A stretch of DNA of 63,574 bases, filler included, from Octopus bimaculoides (GCF_001194135.2; 4 parts of 4 records of this genome joined end to end with filler, not necessarily neighbours in it); one strand, 5' to 3'. Counted from the whole stretch's first letter, positions 36,940 to 50,880 are shown. The notes: generated from the sequence alone by a model not told the origin. Program-made: numbers and translations.

Positions 36940-36985
<46 letters not shown>

Positions 36986-37281
36986 GTGTATGAATGTATG
37001 TACATATATGCATATGTTTGTGTGTATGTCTGCATGTGTGTATGTATGTATATATGTATGCATGTACGTATGTATGTATGTATGTATGTATGATCATATA
37101 CATACACATTAGATACACATACACACGAGCTAAGTACTCAGACCTGAACAATCCGTAGTTCTACTTAATTTGCTTGAAAATGTATTTACAGATATGCCGT
37201 TTTCCCATAGATATATTTTATATATGGATTATATTCTTGTTTTAGACATTTATTTAGCTAGCGAAATAGATATATATATAT

Positions 37282-37316
<35 letters not shown>

Positions 37317-37559
37317 CTTGGTTATTTAGTAAGAGCCTGATTTGTTTCATGGCAAATTTTTACTGCGTTTCTTTGATCCCAGGTCCACTTTGATCAAACA
37401 GATCTATGATTAAAGCGTTCGAACTGAAACCAACGCGCCATATTTTCAGAAAAACGAATTCACGGTGGGATTATCCAAAATGACCTTATAATTTTTATTA
37501 TGGTAACGAGGGTCTTTGTTAGTGAAAAATTTGACTGTTATTTCTAGTTAGTAACACTA

Positions 37560-37830
37560 CTAAGGAAAAACTGCTTCATTGACTCGCCCCAGCGCCGACA
37601 CTGTCTTTAACGGAAAAACCTGCAGCTAAAGCGGTTTTAGCTATGATCATCTCGTCGTTTCTATATCTACATTGCTTAATGTCTCATCACTTCCGTTAAG
37701 AGAATAGGCTGCAATTTCAGGCAGATTTGATTGCCAATTTCTACAAAGTCGACCGACCGCGAACAAATCACTCCTTGCCTCATGATATTTCATGTTTAGT
37801 TAAGACGCCATTTTAAAATTGGAAGCACTA
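37560..37830 (-). promoter_or_regulatory. Candidate housekeeping-type promoter facing lower coordinates
   Basis: CpG-retaining unique sequence with an ETS motif (cacttccg, 37688-37695) and a YY1-like motif (gacgccatttt, 37804-37814), both oriented for minus-strand transcription, at the edge of the CpG-decay domain. Confidence 0.35.
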
Positions 37831-38272
37831 TTTGAAGTTTTCCTTTTTATGTTGATCATATTTGGTTGTTCGTGTTCTTCTGATCTATCATGTTGTTTTT
37901 GCGCATTTCCGAGGAAATTTTTTTGTGTTTATATATGCCTATTAGCTGTATTCCTGTGTGATATTCTGATTGTGTATATTTGTTCATAAAAAGAAAGCAT
38001 TAGTGATGGAACCCGCTATAAAAACTTTGGATAAAGCAGCTCCATCTGCCCACGTGATCTAAGAGAAATCAATATCTTTGCTATCACTTTGCATGCGTTT
38101 TTGTCTGTTTTTCTTTATTACTATCTATCGCTAAAAATATAAATACATACATAAACATGCTTACATACATAAATATATTTAATATCTATATATATCTATA
38201 CTTATATATTCATATGTATATATACTTATATATTCATACCTACATGTATAATATATATGTATATATAATGTA

Positions 38273-38322
<50 letters not shown>

Positions 38323-40397
38323 AAAACACATATATATATTTATACCCACACATATACGCATATATACAATCTATGAATACCTGCATATCACTTATGTGTG
38401 CATGTTAATGTGTGCATGTATATATTTACGTGTATATCTATGTACGTATATATATGTTTACAAATATATTGAAAGAGAGAGATATAGACATATCTGATGT
38501 CTATGAGCGTACGGGTCTGAGGCGTGTGTGTGCATGTACGCGTGTGTACGTGTGTGTGTGTGTGTGTCTGTGTCTCTGTGTGTGTGTGTGTGTGTATGCG
38601 TATGTGCGCGCATGCATAGTGTTGTATACAGAAACCTACATAACATTTCATTGTTTTCCTCATTGCCACTTGAAGCAAGTAGGAAACCATCATAAATGTA
38701 TCGATAGGTCAAGAAATAGCATTATCAATAGCACGTAACACTTACACACTTATTTATCTTCGATCATCTTGCCCCCTTTTTCCATATCTTTCACGGAATC
38801 ATTCCCTATCCAGCATCAATTACTTTTCCCTATCTCTCCTTTCCTACAATTTTACTACTCTGTGTCTCTCTGTCTGCTACTCTCACTCAATCTCACCAAT
38901 TCCCTATCCTTTCTTTTAGTGTATTTTATTTTTATATGGTTTCACTGTTGTTGTTGTTGTTGTTATCGTCGCCGTTGCCGTCATCATTTCTACTGTAATC
39001 ACGCCATTTGATATGAATATATATGTATATTCATATACAATATANNNNNNNNNNNNNNNNNNNNNNNNNNNNNNNNNNNNNNNNNNNNNNNNNNNNNNNN
39101 NNNNNNNNNNNNNNNNNNNNNNNNNNNNNNNNNNNNNNNNNNNNNNNNNNNNNNNNNNNNNNNNNNNNNNNNNNNNNNNNNNNNNNNNNNNNNNNNNNNN
39201 NNNNNNNNNNNNNNNNNNNNNNNNNNNNNNNNNNNNNNNNNNNNNNNNNNNNNNNNNNNNNNNNNNNNNNNNNNNNNNNNNNNNNNNNNNNNNNNNNNNN
39301 NNNNNNNNNNNNNNNNNNNNNNNNNNNNNNNNNNNNNNNNNNNNNNNNNNNNNNNNNNNNNNNNNNNNNNNNNNNNNNNNNNNNNNNNNNNNNNNNNNNN
39401 NNNNNNNNNNNNNNNNNNNNNNNNNNNNNNNNNNNNNNNNNNNNNNNNNNNNNNNNNNNNNNNNNNNNNNNNNNNNNNNNNNNNNNNNNNNNNNNNNNNN
39501 NNNNNNNNNNNNNNNNNNNNNNNNNNNNNNNNNNNNNNNNNNNNNNNNNNNNNNNNNNNNNNNNNNNNNNNNNNNNNNNNNNNNNNNNNNNNNNNNNNNN
39601 NNNNNNNNNNNNNNNNNNNNNNNNNNNNNNNNNNNNNNNNNNNNNNNNNNNNNNNNNNNNNNNNNNNNNNNNNNNNNNNNNNNNNNNNNNNNNNNNNNNN
39701 NNNNNNNNNNNNNNNNNNNNNNNNNNNNNNNNNNNNNNNNNNNNNNNNNNNNNNNNNNNNNNNNNNNNNNNNNNNNNNNNNNNNNNNNNNNNNNNNNNNN
39801 NNNNNNNNNNNNNNNNNNNNNNNNNNNNNNNNNNNNNNNNNNNNNNNNNNNNNNNNNNNNNNNNNNNNNNNNNNNNNNNNNNNNNNNNNNNNNNNNNNTA
39901 TATATAGTTATTACTGTGAATATTGTTTTGGTTTGCCAGTGTTGTTGTTGCTAACTCCTTTCAGTTTATTTATTTCCATCACATTTCTAATATAGACCCT
40001 TCCCCGTCCTATACAGTTACGCTCTCGGTATTCCTATTATTAATTTCGCAACATGCATACATCTTTCTCAGTTGTCATTTTTACTACCAATTCAAATATC
40101 ATCTGAGCATGTACTACTAGCAAACCAGCTTTGGGGCACGCAGTTTGCCAAACAGAGACTACCAGCTGCCGCTAAGAGTTGTTCGGCAGCAGTCCTTTAG
40201 ATCGATGGTTACTACACATGCAACTACAGCTAAGAATACAGATAAACGTATTTATGTGCATGAACAGCATAAACATGCTTATACATATATATATATATAG
40301 AGAGAGATATAGATATAGATATATACATACATATATATATATATTTGTTTACATACATACACACATTAACGTATATACATACATACANNNNNNNNNN

Positions 40398-40442
<45 letters not shown>

Positions 40443-40499
40443 GATTACTTTCCAGAACACAGTCGGGAAAGATATGCAAAGGTAAACGTGGAAAAACCT

Positions 40500-40835
40500 C
40501 GATTAATTTGTATCTGTCTTTGGGTATTATGAGTTACAAAAGCAGTAGAGTGGGCTGCCCCTACTTAGTAACAAACATCTTAACATTGCCATCTACATAC
40601 AGGAGCAGACATTGCAAAAGCGTGGGCCTCAAGGTCTCATAGCTTTTTTTTATCTTCCCACAAAGTCTAAGGGACCTATATTAATTGGATGTAGATTTCT
40701 TTAAATGAAAACTAGATCTCCTCCTCTGAAGGGTCCCAAATGAACCTACCTCGCGGAAAGAAATGCAAATGAGGGCAGCTTCATTAAACTTCCTCATTCA
40801 CCAATGCCACATATCAGAGGAGGTTTAGCGAAAGT
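40500..40835 (+). mobile_element. Decayed CR1-group LINE 3' fragment
   Basis: Reads ...PSTYRSRHC...SLRDLY*LDVDFFK*KLDLLL*RVPNEPTSRKEMQMRAAS..., homologous to the copies at 25172 and 43064. Confidence 0.75.
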
Positions 40836-41605
40836 GTAGCAATGCCTTCAGTATTATATATACATATACATATATATACAAACATGCATACATACATATA
40901 TATGTGTGTGTATATATATATATATATATATNNNNNNNNNNNNNNNNNNNNNNNNNNNNNNNNNNNNNNNNNNNNNNNNNNNNNNNNNNNNNNNNNNNNN
41001 NNNNNNNNNNNNNNNNNNNNNNNNNNNNNNNNNNNNNNNNNNNNNNNNNNNNNNNNNNNNNNNNNNNNNNNNNNNNNNNNNNNNNNNNNNNNNNNNNNNN
41101 NNNNNNNNNNNNNNNNNNNNNNNNNNNNNNNNNNNNNNNNNNNNNNNNNNNNNNNNNNNNNNNNNNNNNNNNNNNNNNNNNNNNNNNNNNNNNNNNNNNN
41201 NNNNNNNNNNNNNNNNNNNNNNNNNNNNNNNNNNNNNNNNNNNNNNNNNNNNNNNNNNNNNNNNNNNNNNNNNNNNNNNNNNNNNNNNNNNNNNNNNNNN
41301 NNNNNNNNNNNNNNNNNNNNNNNNNNNNNNNNNNNNNNNNNNNNNNNNNNNNNNNNNNNNNNNNNNNNNNNNNNNNNNNNNNNNNNNNNNNNNNNNNNNN
41401 NNNNNNNNNNNNNNNNNNNNNNNNNNNNNNNNNNNNNNNNNNNNNNNNNNNNNNNNNNNNNNNNNNNNNNNNNNNNNNNNNNNNNNNNNNNNNNNNNNNN
41501 NNNNNNNNNNNNNNNNNNNNNNNNNNNNNNNNNNNNNNNNNNNNNNNNNNNNNNNNNNNNNNNNNNNNNNNNNNNNNNNNNNNNNNNNNNNNNNNNNNNN
41601 NNNNN

Positions 41606-41685
41606 CAAATGCTTAGCGGTATTTTATCTGTCGTTACCATTCTGAATTCAAATCCGCTAGGGTCGACTTTGCCTTTCTTCCATTG
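41606..41685 (+). mobile_element. SINE family A fragment
   Basis: aaatgcttagcggtattttatctgtcgttaccattctgaattcaaatccgctagggtcgactttgcctttc. Confidence 0.75.
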
Positions 41686-42319
41686 CAATTGTTATTATTC
41701 TCGCACTCTCGTTTCCCGACTGGTGGCAACGAGGGCCTAGAGGATTAGGCGTATACTATACATCCAGTTAGACGAGGGAGATTATCATCCCTCGTAAGAT
41801 TGTGAATTAAACGTCTCGAAGTAATGTTCCCGGATATTGTCTATCTACTTAATGATAGTGGAGAATCTTTGAGTAGGTTACCAAAGATCAGTACTTCAGT
41901 ATCAACGCGATACCCATTGGAAATATTGTACAATTTCTTAAATAACTTAACTGAAACGGGAAGACTCATCGGCTATCCGAGTTTAGCTAGCCTATCAATA
42001 CCAACGCCCACGATGTTGCACACAGTCGTTTATAATTGTTTGAAGAACTCTAACCAGGTTAGAGTTGGATGCTAGTGGCTAGCAAAATGGTAAATGAGTT
42101 GCAGGAAAAGAAATTGGCATGGCACTTACTGCCGCATGTCTCGTACCTACAAAAATCAGTTTATGGTATTTTACCAAATATTTATATATTCTAAATTGTT
42201 TCACTGTAACATCGAAGTCTTGGCAAAAGGTCTGTTTGTCAACCCTATGTATCAACACACAAACACAGACCCACACGCACGCACACAGACACACACATAT
42301 AAATAAATATGTATGTATG

Positions 42320-42355
<36 letters not shown>

Positions 42356-42746
42356 NNNNNNNNNNNNNNNNNNNNNNNNNNNNNNNNNNNNNNNNNNNNN
42401 NNNNNNNNNNNNNNNNNNNNNNNNNNNNNNNNNNNNNNNNNNNNNNNNNNNNNNNNNNNNNNNNNNNNNNNNNNNNNNNNNNNNNNNNNNNNNNNNNNNN
42501 NNNNNNNNNNNNNNNNNNNNNNNNNNNNNNNNNNNNNNNNNNNNNNNNNNNNNNNNNNNNNNNNNNNNNNNNNNNNNNNNNNNNNNNNNNNNNNNNNNNN
42601 NNNNNNNNNNNNNNNNNNNNNNNNNNNNNNNNNNNNNNNNNNNNNNNNNNNNNNNNNNNNNNNNNNNNTATATATGTATGTATGTATCAGATCGTGCAAT
42701 TAAGTTAGGCATGGCCTGGACCAATCTTTGTTCGAAAAATATCTAA

Positions 42747-42784
<38 letters not shown>

Positions 42785-42787
42785 TAG

Positions 42788-42820
<33 letters not shown>

Positions 42821-43063
42821 TACAGCTGGCCGCACACACTTATTCTGTTCAGGCTATATTATTAGCATTATGCTGCGTTTGAGAATTTAAAATCACTTCT
42901 TTAACTTTCTAAGACATCTCAACGCTTCTAAAGCAAACTCCGTTTGTTTGTTTACGTTCATCGTAATTTGAATTTAATATATATATATTAGGTACGTCGG
43001 TACGCATATTTTTTTTACTGTTTTACTTGTTTCAGAACTTTCAAAACAAAAGAAAAAGAGACA

Positions 43064-43590
43064 TTGATGAACCTGTGGAGGACATACGTATTCAGCCGCT
43101 TAGACTATTGCTCCCAACTATGGTCCCCACACAATAAACAATCAACGGCGGAACTCGAAGCAATCCAACGAAGCTACACCAAGAAAATCGTCACGATGCA
43201 ACATATCAGTTACTGGGAAAGACTTAAAGAATTAAAACTCTTCTCCTCGGAACGAAGGCGGGAGAGACATGCTGTAATATACATCTGGAAAATCCTAGAA
43301 GGCGTTGTACCAAACTTTGGCATTGAAAGTTATTCAGACTACAGAACGGGGTGTCACTGCATAGTGCCAAAGATCCCAGCATCGCCATCAAAATACAAGA
43401 CCAGATACTGCATCAGCTTGATCTCTTCCTATTACGGGTTTTAGAAGAACCTACCTCACGGCAAGAAACCCAGATGAGGGCAGCAGCATCAAACTCCCTC
43501 ATTGCTCAAATGCCACATATTACAGGAGGTTCCTCAACGATGGTGCTCCAGTATGACCGCAGCTTTAAAGCTGAAACATGTTAAAATAGC
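43064..43590 (+). mobile_element. CR1-group LINE 3' end with internal deletion
   Basis: LWRTYVFSRLDYCSQLWSP...LEAIQRSYT...YWERLKELKLFS.ERRRER...IYIWKILEG.VPN is a typical post-RT CR1-type region; continues in another frame as DLFLLRVLEEPTSRQETQMRAAASNSL; tail ggtgctccagtatgaccgcagctttaaagctgaaac. Confidence 0.88.
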
Positions 43591-44598
43591 TAAAATGGTG
43601 TATATATATATATATATTAATATTTACATATCGATATGTATATATGTATGCATGTATATATGTATACATACATATTTACATATCTATGCATATATATATA
43701 TATATATATATATANNNNNNNNNNNNNNNNNNNNNNNNNNNNNNNNNNNNNNNNNNNNNNNNNNNNNNNNNNNNNNNNNNNNNNNNNNNNNNNNNNNNNN
43801 NNNNNNNNNNNNNNNNNNNNNNNNNNNNNNNNNNNNNNNNNNNNNNNNNNNNNNNNNNNNNNNNNNNNNNNNNNNNNNNNNNNNNNNNNNNNNNNNNNNN
43901 NNNNNNNNNNNNNNNNNNNNNNNNNNNNNNNNNNNNNNNNNNNNNNNNNNNNNNNNNNNNNNNNNNNNNNNNNNNNNNNNNNNNNNNNNNNNNNNNNNNN
44001 NNNNNNNNNNNNNNNNNNNNNNNNNNNNNNNNNNNNNNNNNNNNNNNNNNNNNNNNNNNNNNNNNNNNNNNNNNNNNNNNNNNNNNNNNNNNNNNNNNNN
44101 NNNNNNNNNNNNNNNNNNNNNNNNNNNNNNNNNNNNNNNNNNNNNNNNNNNNNNNNNNNNNNNNNNNNNNNNNNNNNNNNNNNNNNNNNNNNNNNNNNNN
44201 NNNNNNNNNNNNNNNNNNNNNNNNNNNNNNNNNNNNNNNNNNNNNNNNNNNNNNNNNNNNNNNNNNNNNNNNNNNNNNNNNNNNNNNNNNNNNNNNNNNN
44301 NNNNNNNNNNNNNNNNNNNNNNNNNNNNNNNNNNNNNNNNNNNNNNNNNNNNNNNNNNNNNNNNNNNNNNNNNNNNNNNNNNNNNNNNNNNNNNNNNNNN
44401 NNNNNNNNNNNNNNNNNNNNNNNNNNNNNNNNNNNNNNNNNNNNNNNNNNNNNNNNNNNNNNNNNNNNNNNNNNNNNNNNNNNNNNNNNNNNNNNNNNNN
44501 NNNNNNNNNNNNNNNNNNNNNNNNNNNNNNNNNNNNNNNNNNNNNNNNNNNNNNNNNNNNNNNNNNNNNNNNNNNNNNNNNNNNNNNNNNNNNNNNNN

Positions 44599-44629
<31 letters not shown>

Positions 44630-45271
44630 ATATATATACACACTCAAACACTCACAAGTTCGCATATGTACATGCTTGTGTATGCGTGTGTTTAAACAGA
44701 CTTTACTTTTAATCAGATTGCCTGCCTATCTCATCAATGTTTTTACCCAGTTAAACCAAGGAGGTATGTAGAATATTTTACGAAATATATTGCTTCATAG
44801 TTTTTTGTGTGTTTTTTTTTAATTATTTTTACTGTTATCGTTCTTTATTTTTATTGCATTTTATTATTTAGTTGCCACCTATCTCGTATATATTTACCAA
44901 TCAATATTCTGTTAGTTTCTTTTACTGCTGTCTATGGTATCTCTATCATATATATTTTTTCATTTAATATTTCACCTTTCTTTTTTTCCCGATATATATC
45001 AACGTATGTGCCACGCCACTGCAAATGTCAAAACAGTAATCTTAATCTTTTCCATTTATTCTGAGTAAGTATCAATTTTGTTCGATTCAGTTTTACGTTG
45101 ATAATCTACCGAGAGCTAAATTGATTCGATCTGATCTGAGGTGATTTGCTATACAGCCGATTATGCTTAGTTTTGTTCACTTTTTGTTACAATGCTAACC
45201 ATCCTATATCATTTTACTCAGTGCCTGATCTCTTGTTGCCCGTTTGCGTTTAAACTTCACTCATTTCTATC

Positions 45272-45620
45272 ATTTTTATTCTTTTACTTGTTCCAAACAT
45301 TTGCCTGCAGCCATGCCAAGGCGTCGCCTTGGACGGTTTGTCGTACAAACCGACCTTAGTAGTTATTCTTTTCAAGTCTGGGACCTACTCTATCTGTTAC
45401 GTTTGCCGAACCGCTAGGTCTCTGGGATATTTATTAAATGATGTAGGAAAAAAAACACCAAAAAGAAGTACACAAATATAAAAAACACGAATAGAAAAAA
45501 ATTCAGATAGAATACTTCCCATCTATAAAATTTACTCATAAGTCATTGGTTAACCTAATGGTATAGTTGAAGACATTTTCTGTCGGGGTTATCATGTAGG
45601 ACTGTAGGACTCAGCCCAAG
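45272..45620 (-). mobile_element. Decayed SINE family B fragments
   Basis: cttttacttgttccaaacatttgcctgcagccatgcc...gccgaaccgctagg and atctataaaatttactcataagtcattgg...gtatagttgaagaca. Confidence 0.6.
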
Positions 45621-46712
45621 CCATATCTTACCCTCACTAAAATAATGTTTATATCTGCATCTTTTAGGTTAATATAAGTTAACTAGTTAATCAAATTTTA
45701 TATAGAAGAATCAACTGTTTTTCCCTTGTTTAGCATGTCAGTTGTTCCTTCAAAACTTAATCCAAGCCTCATTTTATATATTTATGTCTATCCACCATGT
45801 TTGTAAGGAAAATAATGCATTACTTCTATTATTTTGTTTATCACATTTCACCATATTTCTCATCGTTTATTATATTCATCAATGCATACGACTATTTCAC
45901 TTACATTGCTTACAGTAAAGCATATTATTCTACTTAATAATTACCCTATTGTGCACCAACCTTTTTGTTATCGGTGAATAACATCTTTCTTATAAGCTAA
46001 TAATGTATTTCGATAAATTAGTTTCAAGTAATCCGTGTAAAGGAATACTGAAAATATTCCAAAAACGTGTTAATAATAAACGTTTTATTTACACAAGATG
46101 GGATTAAGATGATCTGAAAACATGCAGCACTGCTACAGTATGCTTGCAAACACGCGTACACACAGCCATATGTACATAGACTGACCTACACAGATAAACA
46201 AACAGACACTGCTTAGAACAACAACGTCAAGACTGCTTATATTGCCTATAGTCATGTAAGATGTATGACTGTCGGTGCCTTCTTCGCCAGAAACTTCGGC
46301 AATATCTCCTGATTCACTCACATGACCGCCATTAGAAATTACTTTGGAAAATACTGTCTTGAACCCACCACTGATATTGACACAGAAATTGGCATATCCC
46401 ATTCTTAACATTTCTACTGACTTCACCACACCACTACAGTCAACATTGAGCTATTACATAAACTGTTCTTACTGTTTCGCCGTTCATACCACTCCTAGGG
46501 TCATGAAATCCTTCTTTACGCTGTTTCTGTACACATACGTTTAGTCAGAGACAACAAGGAATGTTGAACCAACACAAAAGCCTCTACCTTTTCGCAGATC
46601 ATGCTAGCAAATGAAACAATATCCTTCTCAAAATAAGCAAATTGGTTGCTTCGTAATGTATACATTATAGATGCTTTGTCTCAATCATAGCTATAGGTTT
46701 TAACTAACACTA

Positions 46713-47115
46713 TACTCATTTACTTGTTTCAGTCATTTGACCGCGGCCATGATGGAGCACCGCCTTTAGTCGAGCAAATCGACCCCAGGACTAATTCTTT
46801 GTAAGCCTAGTATGTATTCTATCGGTCTCTTTCGCCGAACCGCTAAGTTACGGGGACGTAAACACGCCAGCATCAGTTGTCAAGCGATGTTGGGAGGGGA
46901 CAAACACCGACACACAAACGCAAACATATATATATATACATACACATATATACGACAGGTTTCTTTCAGTTTCCGTCTACCAAATCCACTCACAAGGCTT
47001 TGGTCGGCCTGAGGCTATAGTAGAAGATACTTGCCCAAGGTGCCACGCAGTAGGACTGATCCCGGAACCATGTGGTTGGTAAGCAAGCTACTTACCACAC
47101 AGCCACTCCTGCACC
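46713..47115 (-). mobile_element. SINE family B, full length, young
   Basis: Complete structure with CpGs intact. Confidence 0.92.
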
Positions 47116-47122
47116 TATAGTG

Positions 47123-47292
47123 GTGCCAGTCGATTCAATCGACCCCAGTACGTAATTGGTACTTAATTTATCGACCAGAAATGATGAAAGGCAAAGTCGA
47201 CGTCGGCGGAATTTGAACTCAGAACGTAAAGTCAGACGAAATACCGCAATGCATTTCGCCCAGCGTGCTAACGTTTCTGCCAGCTCGCCGCC
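47123..47292 (-). mobile_element. SINE family A, abutting the family B copy
   Basis: ...cggcggaatttgaactcagaacgtaaagtcagacgaaataccgc...cgtttctgccagctcgccgcc. Confidence 0.88.
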
Positions 47293-49649
47293 TATGTAAC
47301 AGATATAGATATATATAGTCCCTATATATAATGTCTTCGAGAACAGAAAAATGCAAAAGAATATGCAAGTTGGCCTTCTCAATGTATGCAAGTTCTCAGT
47401 AATAATATATGTATAATCGGTTTAATTCCTTATCGACGTACTCAGTCACCGACAAAATAATAACACACGATTGAAAATTGGCCATTTGATCCCTTTCTTC
47501 TTGTAGTGGAAGTAAACTAAAGTCATTTACACTTTTGTATAAAGACAAGTCATACGATTTTTGTTTGGTATACATATCACCGGTAAAATCGATAGACATA
47601 TTCTGCAGCAGAGAAAGCTTTAGATTATGTATCTATCCTTGCACCTAGAAACAAGAATAGCAAACACTGCAATGAATTTCGTAATTTGTCTGATGGATCA
47701 GGATTAAGCAGAGGTCACACAAGGGGCACTTAATATGGTTATCATCAACCTGAATTGCATTCATGTACACGCATGAAAATTTAATCGAATTACCCTTCGC
47801 CATTGAATGCTTTTCAACGCAGCAAAATAATATGAAAGCAAACAATATAATGCTAACCTTATAATAGTAATAAACAACAATCTTACCATCGAAATTATCG
47901 ACACCTTAGCCAGGTAGCCATCAATAAACCCCAACAACTGGCCAATATCGCGCCTAGCAGGATTCCCTTACCAAATACATTACTATAGGGAAATATAACG
48001 GAAATATAATTTGGCAAAGAATAGGAAATAGCTGAAATAAATAATTGAATGCATAACAACAAAAACAACGACAACGAAACAACAACAATAATAATAAAAA
48101 AATCTATAGAAAGTAAATATTGTCTACGTATATACGTGTGTTTGTATGTTTTTCTATTTGGTTTTCTTCTGGAGTAATGTATGTCGATGTTGAGTGTCTA
48201 TATATTTATGTTTGCGTATGAATAAATGCGCATCTATAAATTCATGCAAACGTACGTACAGACGCTGACACACTCACATTATATATATCTATGCATATGT
48301 ACATATATATACGCACATACGTATGCGTATATCTATGCATATGTACATATATATACGCACATACGTATGCATATTATATATATTATGAATATANNNNNNN
48401 NNNNNNNNNNNNNNNNNNNNNNNNNNNNNNNNNNNNNNNNNNNNNNNNNNNNNNNNNNNNNNNNNNNNNNNNNNNNNNNNNNNNNNNNNNNNNNNNNNNN
48501 NNNNNNNNNNNNNNNNNNNNNNNNNNNNNNNNNNNNNNNNNNNNNNNNNNNNNNNNNNNNNNNNNNNNNNNNNNNNNNNNNNNNNNNNNNNNNNNNNNNN
48601 NNNNNNNNNNNNNNNNNNNNNNNNNNNNNNNNNNNNNNNNNNNNNNNNNNNNNNNNNNNNNNNNNNNNNNNNNNNNNNNNNNNNNNNNNNNNNNNNNNNN
48701 NNNNNNNNNNNNNNNNNNNNNNNNNNNNNNNNNNNNNNNNNNNNNNNNNNNNNNNNNNNNNNNNNNNNNNNNNNNNNNNNNNNNNNNNNNNNNNNNNNNN
48801 NNNNNNNNNNNNNNNNNNNNNNNNNNNNNNNNNNNNNNNNNNNNNNNNNNNNNNNNNNNNNNNNNNNNNNNNNNNNNNNNNNNNNNNNNNNNNNNNNNNN
48901 NNNNNNNNNNNNNNNNNNNNNNNNNNNNNNNNNNNNNNNNNNNNNNNNNNNNNNNNNNNNNNNNNNNNNNNNNNNNNNNNNNNNNNNNNNNNNNNNNNNN
49001 NNNNNNNNNNNNNNNNNNNNNNNNNNNNNNNNNNNNNNNNNNNNNNNNNNNNNNNNNNNNNNNNNNNNNNNNNNNNNNNNNNNNNNNNNNNNNNNNNNNN
49101 NNNNNNNNNNNNNNNNNNNNNNNNNNNNNNNNNNNNNNNNNNNNNNNNNNNNNNNNNNNNNNNNNNNNNNNNNNNNNNNNNNNNNNNNNNNNNNNNNNNN
49201 NNNNNNNNNNNNNNNNNNNNNNNNNNNNNTATATATATATACACATATATACACATATATATATAATGTGTATATGTATTTGTATATATGTACGTGTATT
49301 TGTGTGCTTGTGCGAGTGTGTGTGTATGTGTTTGTTTGTTTGTTTATGTGTTTGTGTGCTTGCGTGCGTGTGTTTCTGCTGTATGTGAATGTGTGTGTGT
49401 GTGTGTGTGAACATATATCCAAGCGTATTTTCTGTATCATAGAGTTTGAGTGTGTATCTGTGTAAAGTGAAAAACATAGACTGAAAACAGTGGGGAAAAA
49501 ATGAGAATTTTCTTGAAAATTCTATCCTATATCTCATGAATTATTATTTTCCATTATCTTGCTGCTTTTTTAATCATTTCTCTTTTCCGACATCTATATT
49601 TTATATTTTTATTTTAATATGTATGTGTGTGTATAGAAAGGAAATAGCA

Positions 49650-49753
49650 TCATGGCCACCACCACCACCACCATCGTCGTCATCGTCGTCCTCCTATTCA
49701 TGATTATCATCATCATCACCGTCATCCTCATATTCACTAGTAGTTGTTTTGTT

Positions 49754-49801
<48 letters not shown>

Positions 49802-49880
49802 ATGACAATAATAGTAATAATATTAATAATGTGATGAAGACGAACGACAACAACAACAACAACAGCAGCAGCAGCAACAT
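49650..49880. repeat. Compound trinucleotide microsatellites (CAC/CAT/GTA/AAT/AAC/AGC)
   Basis: Direct reading. Confidence 0.9.
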
Positions 49881-50144
49881 GAAAACAAATGAGAATGGAA
49901 CATATTAAATTGAATATTAAAAATGAAAAAGAAAAAAAAATGTGTTACAGAAATTGAAAATGTAAATGACAGAAATATATATTCATAACATGTGTTGCTG
50001 GTTCCTTCAGGAAGCAAGAAACATCCGCCAGTCTGTGGCGTTTTCCCCCTTGGATAACACTGGTAAATATGTCTGAGAAATGCTTGAACATCATATGTCA
50101 GCATGTACGTTGCGTTCGTTAGAAATTCAACCATGATGGAGTGT

Positions 50145-50255
50145 TTGTTATGTGTGAAGTAGATTGTTTTCCGACCATGTCACTTGGGGTTCAGTTCCAC
50201 TGCGTGGCACCTTGAGTAAATGCCTTCCAAAATAGCCTCCGGGCCGACCAAATCA
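50145..50255 (+). mobile_element. SINE family B head fragment
   Basis: ccatgtcacttggggttcagttccactgcgtggcaccttgagtaaatgcc. Confidence 0.7.
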
Positions 50256-50429
50256 TTGTGTACGCTTTCTCTTACCCTATTTTTCCTCTGCTTGCTGCTG
50301 ACACGTGACCCGTAGGCCACTTCTTTCTCTCCCTTTTTCACACCGGCTGCGTAGTTGATCGGTCTTAAATTTTCTCTGCCCCACTGTCTTGCTATTTCTC
50401 AGGATGCCCTCTAGGCGTGACCCACCATT

Positions 50430-50880
50430 CTTATTTTTTTTACTGCACACAAGAGCTACACACAGAGAGGACAAACAAGGACAGACAAAGGGATTAAGTC
50501 GATTACATCGACCACAGTGCGTAACTGGTACTTATTTAATCGATCCCGAAAGGATGAAAGGCAAAGTCGACCTCGGCCGAATTTGAACTCAGAACGTAAC
50601 GGCAGACGAAATACCGCTAAGCATTTCGTCCGGCTTGCTAACGCTTCTTATTTTTTTTACAGCACACAAGGAGGTCCACACAGAGAGGACAAACAAGAAC
50701 AGACAAAGGGATTAAGTCGATTACATCGATTCCAGTGTGTAACTGGTACTTATTTAATCGATCCCGAATGGATGAAAGGCAAAGTCGACCTCGGCCGAAT
50801 TTGAACTCAGAACGTAACGGCAGACGAAATACCGCTAAGCATTTGGCCCGGCGTGCTACCGATTCTGCCAGCTCACCGAC
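50430..50880 (-). mobile_element. Tandem dimer of SINE family A
   Basis: Two ~215-bp units sharing private variants (ctcggccgaatttg; tatttaatcgatcccga). Confidence 0.9.

Noticed and set aside
46133-46540. 98-aa minus-strand ORF and nearby splice-like sites
   Set aside because: Candidate exons would need an implausibly short intron and the frames do not join; no family similarity.
47396-47845. Two short minus-strand ORFs, one Cys-rich
   Set aside because: The strongest acceptor leads to stops in all frames and Cys spacing matches no domain I recognise.
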